Assembly: GCA_947258375.1 (NCBI GenBank)
Contig: CAMYIJ010000013.1
Coordinates: 6,171 to 70,170 of the forward strand
DNA: 64,000 nucleotides
Source of the DNA: an uncultured Acidimicrobiaceae bacterium
GTDB taxonomy: Bacteria > Actinomycetota > Acidimicrobiia > Spongiisociales > UBA5794
Direction of reading: 5' to 3'
Position 1 is the first letter of the stretch, and each line of letters opens with the position of its first letter. Below, one piece after another: positions 1 to 9,267 of this stretch. Below the pieces are notes generated by a model. It did no database searches. It saw only the letters and a list, made by a program, of their open reading frames with translations, and was not told the origin of the DNA. The position numbers and the translations under genes are program-made.

Positions 1-504
1 CGACACAGTCTCGGCTGCGAGCACATTGATCGGGAACTCGACCCACGCTCCCCCATTGAACGAAGCATCAATCGCCTCCGACTGGGCACCATCAGTGCTC
101 GTCGTCACCGTCACCGTCTGGCGACGCGTCGTCTGATCCCAGTCCACTGAATACAACCGGATCGTGCCGCTATAGGGATCAGTGAACGTCAACCCCGCCT
201 GGATCTCAACCGGGTCATACCAAATAGTTGCCCGGTGAGTCGCCTCATCAGGAGCCTCCAACGCCCGCACATCATCCGTGTTGGCATCCCACTGATAACG
301 GGTGCCCTGATCCAACGAAACCGACACCCCAGCCGGCAAATCAACTAGATCAGCACCAACATCCCAACCAGCCAACACAAACCCATCAGCCCCATATTGA
401 CCAACCCACTCACCCTGCGGTGCTTCCACCCAAGGAGCGGCCAGCGCCGGTGCTGCCGGTACCAGTGTGAAGACGAGCAACAGTGCCGTGACGATGCGCC
501 TCAT
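1..504 (-). CDS. Secreted hypothetical protein, 5' part only; the gene runs off the left edge of the window
   Basis: Reverse-complement reading from ATG at 504: MRRIVTALLLVFTLVPAAPALAAPWVEAPQGEW..., open to position 1. GGGAG RBS 6 nt upstream (RC of 510-514). Typical Sec signal peptide with AxA cleavage site. Absent from the ORF track because it is truncated by the window edge. Confidence 0.55.
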   Translation of the reverse strand, partial: MRRIVTALLLVFTLVPAAPALAAPWVEAPQGEWVGQYGADGFVLAGWDVGADLVDLPAGVSVSLDQGTRYQWDANTDDVRALEAPDEATHRATIWYDPVEIQAGLTFTDPYSGTIRLYSVDWDQTTRRQTVTVTTSTDGAQSEAIDASFNGGAWVEFPINVLAAETVS

Positions 505-823
505 TAATTACTCCCTAACCCAAGAGTCGATTGCGGCAGTCATTGTCACCCGCGCACTCTCAGTAGTCAAGGAAATGGATATAGGTCGACCGCATCATAT
601 TCCGGCGGCCTCCAGCCGAACCAAATGTCCCAGCGGCTGTGGAAGACGAGCTGTGGACTGCCGTACAACCGGAAATCTGCAGCGCGGTATCACCCCATAC
701 GACCGCTCTCAGTGGTCAAGAGTGTTGCGTCTCTCAATGCCGGGACAGCCCAGTTCGAGGACCCGCGCTGCCGCAAATCAAGGGGGTTAACCAGCAAGTC
801 GAGGCCACTCCCCGCAGTCGCCC

Positions 824-1723
824 TTACCCGTCACATGCCGTCGGCGAGAAGACCCCCAGCACAGTTCCGTCTTCCTCCACAGATGAAAGCGGCCCCCACA
901 ACATCACTGTGTCCCCATTGAGCACCTCGAATTTGGGGCCTTGCGATGTGTCATCGCCGAGCACAACGCGGTATGTCGCAGTCGTGTAGATCTCCTCAAC
1001 CGTGGGTACGGTGTCGCCTACGCGAAGGCCGCTCAGGGTGGTGAGTTCGAGCGGCGCACCCAGAACATCCTGTAGCGTCCCGTCAACTTCATAGCTGTGG
1101 AAGGCGACCGCGTCGTCGGGGACAGCCAGCGCCACAACGGCCAGCGGGCCCCATTCCACCGCCCGAATCTCGTCGTCGCGGCAGGTACCGTATTCGCCCC
1201 GGGACACCACCACGCCCGTATCGCGATCCGGTTGGCCCAGTGTGGCGGCCAGACTCCCCAGTACCTCGCCAAAGTCGTCGCCAAACCGCAAGTTTCCGAT
1301 GCCCTTCCAATGCAGCCGCATCCCACTGGCGCTGAGCGGCGCACCGGTCGGTTCGATAAAGGGAACCACCACCGGGGTCCCGGTCGTCGTGGTGGTAGTC
1401 GTGGTGGATGGGGGAGCCGTAGATGTGGACACGACTGTTGCATCGACGGCGGTCGTAGGCACCGGGGACAGGGGCGCTAATGAGGTCGGCGTGACAGAAG
1501 GCGTGATAGTGGCAGCAACCTCGGTGCTCGGAGAGGCGCGGGCAAGCCAGATGGCCCCAACGGCGGCCGCCACCAGCACGAGCGGCACCAGAGGAACCAG
1601 TAGTCGCTGCCACATCCTTGGCAGGCGCCGCAGGCCGCGGAAACGGCGATGGTCGGTACCTGCCATGGCCAGCCTCAGATCGACGAGGGCGACGTCGGCG
1701 TCGGCGATGGATTGCAGATCCAT
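824..1723 (-). CDS. Membrane-anchored protein with a Thr/Pro-rich linker and a C-terminal globular domain; start uncertain (alternatives 1666 and 1615 in the 824..2056 ORF)
   Basis: TM helix MWQRLLVPLVPLVLVAAAVGAIW, a TTTTTTTTGT tract (low-complexity acc/ggt repeats near 1380-1440), then a non-repetitive C-terminal domain. The N-terminal 110 aa of the track ORF look like GC-frame noise. Confidence 0.45.
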   Translation of the reverse strand: MDLQSIADADVALVDLRLAMAGTDHRRFRGLRRLPRMWQRLLVPLVPLVLVAAAVGAIWLARASPSTEVAATITPSVTPTSLAPLSPVPTTAVDATVVSTSTAPPSTTTTTTTTGTPVVVPFIEPTGAPLSASGMRLHWKGIGNLRFGDDFGEVLGSLAATLGQPDRDTGVVVSRGEYGTCRDDEIRAVEWGPLAVVALAVPDDAVAFHSYEVDGTLQDVLGAPLELTTLSGLRVGDTVPTVEEIYTTATYRVVLGDDTSQGPKFEVLNGDTVMLWGPLSSVEEDGTVLGVFSPTACDG

Positions 1724-2160
1724 GCTACGGCCGACTCCATTACTCGACTGCACAGTCTCACCAGACTTGTCGGCAGGCACGGCCTCCAGCCGATCGCCAT
1801 TGGACAGCGGCCAGGCCACCGGTCCTACGTGTCGCGAAATCGGTGATTGCGGTCCTAGCAGGCCGCGCCACGGCGGCTGTCTCTGGACCCTGGTTTCCGC
1901 GCTGCTTCCGCTCCCGGCTGCTTCCCCGGAGGGGACATCGGTCGGCGTTTGACGCGATCGCGGTCCGGCCGCACCGCCGGATGGATTCTGAGTCACCTGC
2001 GCACTCCACAGTCGTTCGTCGCTGGCGCATATTACGGCGGAGCGCCTCAGCGTCATGGTAATACTGGCAACCCTGCGCCGAACCGTCCGCCGCCACTTGG
2101 CGGATCGGGTTCACGGTATCCTGACGCCTCGCCAAACACCGGCCCATTCGAGGTTGATCA

Positions 2161-2979
2161 ATGACGGACACCGTCGCGGTTGCGCCGACCGATATCGTCG
2201 AATCTGGCGCGGCTACACCGAGCCGGGCGCACCAGATCGTACGCGCCTGCGGATGGGCACTCATCTGGCTCAGTGCCCTCACACTCGGTTTCGTCGTTCA
2301 CCAGCTGTGGATCACGACCTGGCTCGCCCAGCTCAACCAGAGCGAACTTGATACCGAGCGAGAAGCCCACTTCGCCTCGGCGGTCATCTCCGAAGTCGAA
2401 TACATCCCATTGGCGCCGGTCGTCGTGGCGGGCGCCACCAACGAAGGGGGACCCGCTACTCCGGTGAGCCCGGGAGCTACCGGATCGACCCTCGACTCCG
2501 GAGATGCACCGCGTCCGATACTGCGGGTTGAGTCCGCTCCCGAGCTGCGGTCTTCGTTCGCCCTGATACGGATTCCCGCTCTCGATCGCCTCGCCGACGG
2601 ATGGAACGTTGTCGAAGGCGTGCGCACGTCGGACCTGCAGACGGGAGCCGGCCACGTTCCCTGGACGGCGCTTCCCGGCCAACCGGGCAACGCAGTCATC
2701 AGCGGGCACCGCACCAGCTACGGCGCTCCATTTCGCGATCTTGACCAGCTCGTCATCGGGGACCAGATCGAGGTGGACACCGCTCTGGGCACCCATATAT
2801 ACGAGGTCCGCGAGACGACCGTCGTGAAACCAACCGACGCCTGGGTTCTGTCGGATCGAGGCGGTGCCTGGCTGACGCTCACCACCTGCCACCCCGTGCT
2901 CAGCGCCCGGCAGCGGCTCGTAATCTTCGCGGAGCTCGTCGCCGGACCCAACGCCACCGCCATCGCATCGTCCCGTTGA
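2161..2979 (+). CDS. Class E (housekeeping-type) sortase
   Basis: N-terminal TM anchor; catalytic motifs ...AVISGHRTSYGAPF... and LTLTTCHP (sortase TLxTC Cys). Confidence 0.85.
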   Translation: MTDTVAVAPTDIVESGAATPSRAHQIVRACGWALIWLSALTLGFVVHQLWITTWLAQLNQSELDTEREAHFASAVISEVEYIPLAPVVVAGATNEGGPATPVSPGATGSTLDSGDAPRPILRVESAPELRSSFALIRIPALDRLADGWNVVEGVRTSDLQTGAGHVPWTALPGQPGNAVISGHRTSYGAPFRDLDQLVIGDQIEVDTALGTHIYEVRETTVVKPTDAWVLSDRGGAWLTLTTCHPVLSARQRLVIFAELVAGPNATAIASSR

Positions 2980-2999
2980 TTCATCTGTGCGTGGACCCC

Positions 3000-3767
3000 T
3001 CAACCCGCCGTCAGGCCGCCGTCGATGGGCAGGGCAGCGCCGGTGATGAACCCCGCCTCGTCGGAAGCCAGGTAGAGGACGGCTGCGGCGATCTCTTGAG
3101 GGGTGGCGATGCGGCCGATGGGGTGTTTCTCTTCGAATTGGGGACGGACGGCGGCGATTCCTCCCATCTCCTCCATCTCGCCGCGCAGCATCGGCGTGTC
3201 GACGCTGCCGGGGCACACGCAGTTGATCCGCACACCCTGCCGGGCGTGGTCGAGCGCCATCGCCTTGGTGAGGAGCACCACTGCCCCCTTGGCGGCGCTG
3301 TAGGCGGCGACACCCCGGCCGCCGACCACTCCGAAGTAGGAGGCGTTGTTGACGATCGCTCCGCCGCCGCGAGCCGCCATCACTGCGACGGCAGCTCGCG
3401 ACATGAGGAACGTGCCCGTGGCGTTGACCGCCATCGTCTGGGCCCACTGCTCATCGGTCGTCTCGAGCGCCGATATGTCCCGATAGATGATGCCGGCGTT
3501 GTTGAACAGCACATCGAGCCCACCGAATCGCTCCAGGCAAGCCTCGACGGCGGCGTCGCAGTCGGCAGACTTCCTGACATCGCAAGCCACCGCGTGGGCC
3601 TTGCCCCCCGTAGCCTCGATCTCGGACACCACCGCTTGCGACTCGTCGAGGCGGCGGGCCGCGATGAGCACCCCGGCACCCGCCGCCGCGAACTGGAGAG
3701 CAGCCGCCCGACCGATCCCGGAGTTCCCTCCGGTGATCAGCACGGCCTTGTCCGTGAAGTCGCTCAT
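3000..3767 (-). CDS. Short-chain dehydrogenase/reductase (SDR) family oxidoreductase
   Basis: TGGNSGIGRA Rossmann motif, NNAG, YxxxK (YSAAK). Start ATG overlaps the upstream SDR stop (ATGA at 3764-3767). Confidence 0.9.
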   Translation of the reverse strand: MSDFTDKAVLITGGNSGIGRAAALQFAAAGAGVLIAARRLDESQAVVSEIEATGGKAHAVACDVRKSADCDAAVEACLERFGGLDVLFNNAGIIYRDISALETTDEQWAQTMAVNATGTFLMSRAAVAVMAARGGGAIVNNASYFGVVGGRGVAAYSAAKGAVVLLTKAMALDHARQGVRINCVCPGSVDTPMLRGEMEEMGGIAAVRPQFEEKHPIGRIATPQEIAAAVLYLASDEAGFITGAALPIDGGLTAG

Positions 3768-4510
3768 CGGGCCGTGTACCCGGCGTCGACAGTCACCAGC
3801 GAGCCGGTCATGTAGCTCGACGCATCAGATGCGAGGAAAGCAACGACCTCCGCCACCTCCCGCGGGTCGCCGAGCCGGCCCATCGGGACCGCTCTGTCGG
3901 CCAGGGCGTGCAATTCATCCTCGGTCGGCGGACGGTCGCGCTCGGATGACAGCATCGGCGTACGAATCTCCCCCGGCACAACGGCGTTCACTCGCACGCC
4001 ATGTCGGGCGTGCTCGAGCGCCATCGATTTCGTGAGCTGATGGACTGCTCCCTTGGTAGCGGCATAGGCCGAGTGCCCGGGCCCCCCGACGTCGCCCCAG
4101 ATCGAACCGAAGTTGACAATGGAGCCACGGCCCCGTGCCACCATGCCCCGGGCCGCGGCCCGGCTCATGTAGAACAGCCCGTCGATGTTGACGCTGAAGA
4201 TCCGGCGCCAGTCCTCATCGGAAGTGTCGACGGCATCGGCGCGGACGATGGTGCCGGCGGCGTTCACGAGGATGTCCACCGCACCCGCGCTCTCCTCGGT
4301 AGCAGCGATGACCCCGTCACAGAACGCCGAGTCGGCCACCGAGCCCACGTGGGCAACACCTTCGAGTTCAGTGGCGAACGGCGCGATGTTGGGGTTCATG
4401 TCGACAAGCACCACCTGTGCCCCCCGTTCCGCCAGGAGTACGGCTGAAGCATTCCCCATCCCGGAAGCCGCCCCGGTTATCACTGCCACACTGCCCGCGA
4501 GATCGCTCAC
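3764..4510 (-). CDS. SDR family oxidoreductase (second of a tandem pair)
   Basis: VAVITGAASGMG..., NAAG, YAATK motifs. Likely GTG start at 4510 (VSDLAGSVAVITG); the track ORF extends to 4741 through a GC-rich, non-protein-like N-terminal extension. Confidence 0.8.
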   Translation of the reverse strand: MSDLAGSVAVITGAASGMGNASAVLLAERGAQVVLVDMNPNIAPFATELEGVAHVGSVADSAFCDGVIAATEESAGAVDILVNAAGTIVRADAVDTSDEDWRRIFSVNIDGLFYMSRAAARGMVARGRGSIVNFGSIWGDVGGPGHSAYAATKGAVHQLTKSMALEHARHGVRVNAVVPGEIRTPMLSSERDRPPTEDELHALADRAVPMGRLGDPREVAEVVAFLASDASSYMTGSLVTVDAGYTAR

Positions 4511-4542
4511 GGGCCAAGTGTAGGGGCGACAAACGTGCGATC

Positions 4543-5019
4543 TCAGGTCCGAAGAAACTGCAACTGCAGCTCCATGAAACGTGAGCAGCGCATCGGATTC
4601 TCCCGGTACTGCGGAATGTCGACGAAACCGAGCTTGTCGTAGAGCCGGTTCGCCACCGGCATCGACTCGAGATCGGAGTCGAGGCGAATCGCCACATAGC
4701 CCTGCTCGCGAGCGAACTCGATCGCCTGCTCGGCGAGGCACCGGCCCAGACCGGTCCCCCGGGCGGCTTCCTTGACATACATCCGCTTCATCTCGGCGAC
4801 GCCTTTACCCAGCGAGCGAACCCCGACAACACCCAGTACAGCCCGTTCGCCGAATGCCAGAAAGACGGCACCGCCCGGAGCCGAATAGTGCGCCACGATG
4901 TGGGCAAGTTCCGGTTCAAAGTCCTGGATATCGAGTTCGAACGGCAGCCAGTCGATGTATTCCTGCACCAATCCGGCGGCGGCGGCGAAGTCCTCTCGAG
5001 TGACGGCCCGGCGGATCAC
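4543..5019 (-). CDS. GNAT family N-acetyltransferase
   Basis: GNAT acetyl-CoA motif ...RGTGLGRCLAEQAIEFAREQG...; the start overlaps the stop of the upstream gene by 4 nt. Confidence 0.85.
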   Translation of the reverse strand: MIRRAVTREDFAAAAGLVQEYIDWLPFELDIQDFEPELAHIVAHYSAPGGAVFLAFGERAVLGVVGVRSLGKGVAEMKRMYVKEAARGTGLGRCLAEQAIEFAREQGYVAIRLDSDLESMPVANRLYDKLGFVDIPQYRENPMRCSRFMELQLQFLRT

Positions 5020-5588
5020 TGCGGCTCCGGGTCGACAACTTTCCAGTCTTCGGCCATCCGGAGGATGGTCTCGCTGACCTCACGCGACCTGTCGAGCACG
5101 TCACACAGCTTCTCGCGGCCGTACATAACGTCGATCAGGGGAACGTCGAATTTGCCGACCATGCTGAGGCGTCGCGAGGGCTTGTCCGCCAGAGCTTCGA
5201 AGGAGTCGACCGCGGAAACCGCGATCGGCAGGTTGATACCGGCAACACCGGAGAGCTCCGCGGACAGCATCACGAGATCCGGGGGCGCCTCGAGCGGCGG
5301 CATCGACCAGTTGAAGAGCAGCGGGACGTTGAAGCGCCCCTCCGGATCCTCGAGCTCGTCCGACTCGAGAGCCGCGTCCTCGAGGGCGAGCAGTGTGCGC
5401 GGCTCAACGTCGAAGGCCATATTGAGATCGAGTGGCCCGTCGCAAGCGAAGTCGGGGTGCATGTCCACCTCCCACGCCTGACGCAACGAGAAGCTCTCGA
5501 TGAAGTGGCGCTCGTCATGCACATGAAAACCGTGCTCGACGGCGTGGTCTTTGAGATAGGTGATGAACCCAGCGAGATCTACAGCCAT
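5016..5588 (-). CDS. Acidic hypothetical protein, no family recognised
   Basis: ATG at 5588 (MAVDLAGFITYLK...). The longer track ORF (to 5693) overlaps the FdhD C-terminus and is unlikely. Non-repetitive, protein-like composition. Confidence 0.5.
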   Translation of the reverse strand: MAVDLAGFITYLKDHAVEHGFHVHDERHFIESFSLRQAWEVDMHPDFACDGPLDLNMAFDVEPRTLLALEDAALESDELEDPEGRFNVPLLFNWSMPPLEAPPDLVMLSAELSGVAGINLPIAVSAVDSFEALADKPSRRLSMVGKFDVPLIDVMYGREKLCDVLDRSREVSETILRMAEDWKVVDPEPQ

Positions 5589-5656
5589 GGCTGAATGGTA
5601 TACGCCCGGTGAGACATTGGAACCCTGTCGATTCGGCGCGGGGACACGGCCGGCTC

Positions 5657-6457
5657 CTAAACCACCCGACCGGGATCGGTGTAGACGTTGCACAAGTCGT
5701 CGCGCAGGAAGCCGATCACCGTTAGTCCGAGTTCCTCGGCCAACTCCACCGCCAGGGACGACGCCGCCGACACCGCGGCGATGACCGGAATGCCGGCCAC
5801 TGCCGCCTTCTGCACCATCTCGAAACTCACCCGTCCCGATATCAGCAGAATCCGCTCCCCGATCGGCCAGGCGAGCCGGGAGGCATATCCCACAACCTTG
5901 TCGACCGCGTTGTGGCGTCCAATGTCTTCACGAAGCACGAGCAGCTCACCATCGGCCGCGAAGAGGGCGGCGCCGTGGATCCCGCCGGTGGCGGCGAAGC
6001 TCCGCTGGGCCGCCTGCATCGTGTCGACCAGTCCGAACAGCGTCTCGACCGATACGTGGGGACCCGGCGGGGGCCGCAGCGCCGCCACTCGAACGGCGTC
6101 GATCGATGCCTTGCCGCACACACCACAGGACGAGGTTGTGTACAGGTTGCGCCGGAACTGCTCCGGGTCGACCGCCACACCTTCGCTGAGGACCACCGAC
6201 CAGCGATCGCCGTCGTCTGGATCACCGGCGGGAACCACGCCCGCCACCTCGTCGGGGTTGAGGACAATGCCCTCGGTGATCGCGAAGCCGAGGCCGAGCT
6301 CCTCGTCATGGCCGGGCGTGCGCATCAGCACCGCGAGCGGCACGCCACCGAGCCGGAACTCAACCGGCGCCTCGGTTACCAGCAGGTCGCTCGTGCGAGT
6401 CGCATCACCCTCCCGCGTCAGGCGGGTCAAGTCGAAGGGCGTGGCTGCCGCGTCCAT
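5657..6457 (-). CDS. fdhD: FdhD-family sulfurtransferase (formate-dehydrogenase accessory protein)
   Basis: Conserved CGVCGK and GRHNAVDK motifs. An alternative start at 6496 would overlap the upstream decarboxylase by 34 nt. Confidence 0.8.
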   Translation of the reverse strand: MDAAATPFDLTRLTREGDATRTSDLLVTEAPVEFRLGGVPLAVLMRTPGHDEELGLGFAITEGIVLNPDEVAGVVPAGDPDDGDRWSVVLSEGVAVDPEQFRRNLYTTSSCGVCGKASIDAVRVAALRPPPGPHVSVETLFGLVDTMQAAQRSFAATGGIHGAALFAADGELLVLREDIGRHNAVDKVVGYASRLAWPIGERILLISGRVSFEMVQKAAVAGIPVIAAVSAASSLAVELAEELGLTVIGFLRDDLCNVYTDPGRVV

Positions 6458-6462
6458 TTCGC

Positions 6463-7863
6463 TCAAGACCGTGCCTCCGTCGCGATGAGGTCCCACAACT
6501 GCTCCACGTGGCGTTCGGCCGTGGAGGTTTGGCCAATGGACACCCGGATGAAGGAGACATCGTCGATCTGAGACGGCGTGACATAAGAGTGGCCGGAGCG
6601 GTTGATCGCCTCAGCCAGCGCCAGCGTCGCGTCGTTGCCGGACCGGTGGCGGAAGCTCACCAACGCGAACGGAGTCGGCGCCACCATCTCCAGCCGGTCA
6701 TCGGCCCCGACACGCGACTCGAGCAACCGGGCCAGCCGCACGTGCTCACGAACATGGTGCCTGATGCCTTCCGCACCGTATGAGCGCAGCACGAACCACA
6801 GCTTGAGCGCCCGGAATCGGCGCCCCAGCGGAACGTGCCAGTCGCGGTAGTCGATGACGTCACCCGAGTCCGACGCTCGGTTGCGCAGGTAGGGCGGAGT
6901 GATGCTCATGGCGTCGATCAACGGCTCACGGTCGGCGACATAGAAGACGTTGCAGTCGAAATTGGTGAACATCCACTTGTGCGGATTGAACGTGTACGAG
7001 TCGACGATCTCGAGCCCGTCCTGGTGGTGGCGAAACTCCTCGCAGATCATGGCGGTACCGGCGTAGGCCGCGTCGACGTGGTGCCATATGCCTTCCCTCC
7101 GGGCGATCTCTCCGATGCGGCGCACGGGATCCACCGCGGTGGTCCCGGTTGTGCCTACCGCCGAGCCGACAAAGGCGGGCGTTAACCCGGCCGCCCGGTC
7201 GGCGACGAGTGCGGATTCGAGACCTGCGGGGCTCATGGCGTAGTCGTCGTCGACGGCGATGAGGCGCACATGGCCGTAGCCGGCAACGTTGGCACCTTTC
7301 TCAATCGAGGAATGAGCCTGCGACGAGGTGTAGGCCACCATGTCGCCAGAAGGGATCCCGGCCCGTTTGGCGTGGCGAGCGACGACCAGCGCGGTGTGGG
7401 TCGCGTCCGAGGCACTCATCTGAATCACACCGCCCCCGGGGCCGGTGGTCCGCCATGCCGGCGGCAAGCCGAGGAGGTCGACGAGCCAGTCGACGACCAC
7501 CATCTCGAGCTCCGTCGCCGCCGGGCTTGTCGCCCACAGCATCCCCTGCTGTCCGAGTCCCGAGGACACCAGATCCCCGAGGATCCCCGGCCCGGAGGTG
7601 TTGGCCGGGAAGTACGCGAACCACCCGGGCGATTGCCAGTGGGTCACGCCGGGCATGATGATGTCGTTGAGATCGCCGACTATCGAGCTGAACGGCTCCG
7701 GGGCCTCGGGGGCCGTAGCCGGCAAACCGGCGATGATCTCCCCCGGCTTGACGTCGGGCACGATCCGATGGTCTTCAACCGTCTCCATGTACTGAGCGAT
7801 CCACTCGATCAGCTCCGACCCCGCAGCCCGAAACTCGTCCGGCGTCATGTGATACGAACTCAT
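6463..7863 (-). CDS. Group II pyridoxal-phosphate decarboxylase (aromatic-L-amino-acid / tyrosine decarboxylase family)
   Basis: PLP-lysine motif FNPHKW, ...HVDAAYAG..., N-terminal MSSYHMTPDEFR typical of the DDC/TDC family. Start at M21 of the track ORF. Confidence 0.85.
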   Translation of the reverse strand: MSSYHMTPDEFRAAGSELIEWIAQYMETVEDHRIVPDVKPGEIIAGLPATAPEAPEPFSSIVGDLNDIIMPGVTHWQSPGWFAYFPANTSGPGILGDLVSSGLGQQGMLWATSPAATELEMVVVDWLVDLLGLPPAWRTTGPGGGVIQMSASDATHTALVVARHAKRAGIPSGDMVAYTSSQAHSSIEKGANVAGYGHVRLIAVDDDYAMSPAGLESALVADRAAGLTPAFVGSAVGTTGTTAVDPVRRIGEIARREGIWHHVDAAYAGTAMICEEFRHHQDGLEIVDSYTFNPHKWMFTNFDCNVFYVADREPLIDAMSITPPYLRNRASDSGDVIDYRDWHVPLGRRFRALKLWFVLRSYGAEGIRHHVREHVRLARLLESRVGADDRLEMVAPTPFALVSFRHRSGNDATLALAEAINRSGHSYVTPSQIDDVSFIRVSIGQTSTAERHVEQLWDLIATEARS

Positions 7864-8151
7864 CCCGCCAGGATATCGGATGCCCGAGCCCGTCCAGCAA
7901 AGCGGCGGCAATAGCGAGCGCACCCAGTGGCTCCCCCCGGAGCGACACCCGGAGGGGGGAGGGGCACCGCCCGTAGAGTGGGAAGGGGGGCGCGAGCTCG
8001 AGGTGACTCACGGCTAGAGGTTCACGATCCCCGGAGGCAACAGATCCCTCGCGACGGGGACCACGCCAATGGACGCGCCCCCCTACCCGCCTGCGGCGGG
8101 TCCCTTCCCCCCTCCGGAGGGACACATCCGCGGCCGGCACCGGCGCGCTCT

Positions 8152-9114
8152 TCAGCCCAGTACCTGGTTGCGGACTTGGCCGGAGGCGAAGGATTGGATT
8201 ACCGCCACGACTTCTTCGGCGACTGCCCGCTGGGCTTGTTCGGTCGAAGCGCCAATGTGGTGGGTGCCGTACACGCGGGGGTGGCGGGCGAGCGGCGAGT
8301 TGAAGGTGTTCTCGCCGGCCCCGGGCTCGTCCGAATAGACATCGACGCCGACACGCAGGTCCTTATCGTCGACTACCTCGAGCAGGGCCTCCTCGTCGAT
8401 GATCTCTCCACGCGAGGTGTTGATGATCATGGTGCCCGGGCGGACATGGGCCAGAAGCTCGCGGCCGATCATGCCTGCCGTGCCGGGCGCAGACGGCACG
8501 TGGAAGCTGATGATGTCCGCAACGGCAAACAGGCTCTCGAGATCGGGCACGGTGGTCACGTCGAGCTGTGCCAGCCGCTGCAGCGCCGCCTCGCTGCGCC
8601 CCGATCGGTCCACCGTGACGACCGCGAGGCCGAACGCGGCCGCCCGCCTGGCGACTTCGGCTCCGATGTCGCCAAAGCCCACGATGCCCAGTGTGCGACC
8701 CTTCAGCCCGCGCGCCCGGGACCAGCGCTTCTTGTTCCAGATCCCGCCGCGCAAGTCGGCAACGTTGTCCGGGATGTTGCGGTCGATTGCGAGCATCAAT
8801 CCCATCGCCAGCTCGGCGACCGCGACGGCGTTCTTGCCCGGCGTGTTGCAGACGACAACCGAATTCATGGCGGCCGCAGCCACGTCGATCGTGTTGGTGC
8901 CTGCGCCGGCGCGCACGATGAGCTCCAGATCGTCGTTGGCTCGAATTGCCGCCGCGGTCAGGCGTGTGCCGCGCACCACGACACACTGAAAGCCGGCGAG
9001 CGCGGCGACCAGTCCTTCCGCATCGAGATCGGGAGCGAATTCGACCTCATGCCCGGCAGCCCGCAACTCCTCGATGGCATCGTCGGGAAACTTGTCCGCG
9101 ATCAGTATTCGCAC
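8152..9114 (-). CDS. D-isomer-specific 2-hydroxyacid dehydrogenase (phosphoglycerate-dehydrogenase-like, no ACT domain)
   Basis: MRILIADKF..., NAD-binding GIVGFGDIGAEVARRA, catalytic region ...INTSRGEIID..HIGAST. Clear protein composition; antisense to the spurious 699-aa ORF. Confidence 0.9.
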   Translation of the reverse strand: MRILIADKFPDDAIEELRAAGHEVEFAPDLDAEGLVAALAGFQCVVVRGTRLTAAAIRANDDLELIVRAGAGTNTIDVAAAAMNSVVVCNTPGKNAVAVAELAMGLMLAIDRNIPDNVADLRGGIWNKKRWSRARGLKGRTLGIVGFGDIGAEVARRAAAFGLAVVTVDRSGRSEAALQRLAQLDVTTVPDLESLFAVADIISFHVPSAPGTAGMIGRELLAHVRPGTMIINTSRGEIIDEEALLEVVDDKDLRVGVDVYSDEPGAGENTFNSPLARHPRVYGTHHIGASTEQAQRAVAEEVVAVIQSFASGQVRNQVLG

Positions 9115-9267
9115 TCGCTGCCCTTCCCTGCGACCCGGCCCGGCACTGTATCAGCCGCCAGATTGTCGGTCTTCCGTCCTTCATTGGAATGGCCCCCGCG
9201 CCGGCGTGGTTGCCTCGACCACAGGTTTGTATACCGTCGCGTGAATATCGGATTAGGAGCACACACC

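Noticed and set aside
228-790. Pro/His/Gln-rich ORFs on the plus strand at the left edge
   Set aside because: They overlap the better-supported minus-strand signal-peptide gene (1-504), have low-complexity composition and no RBS.
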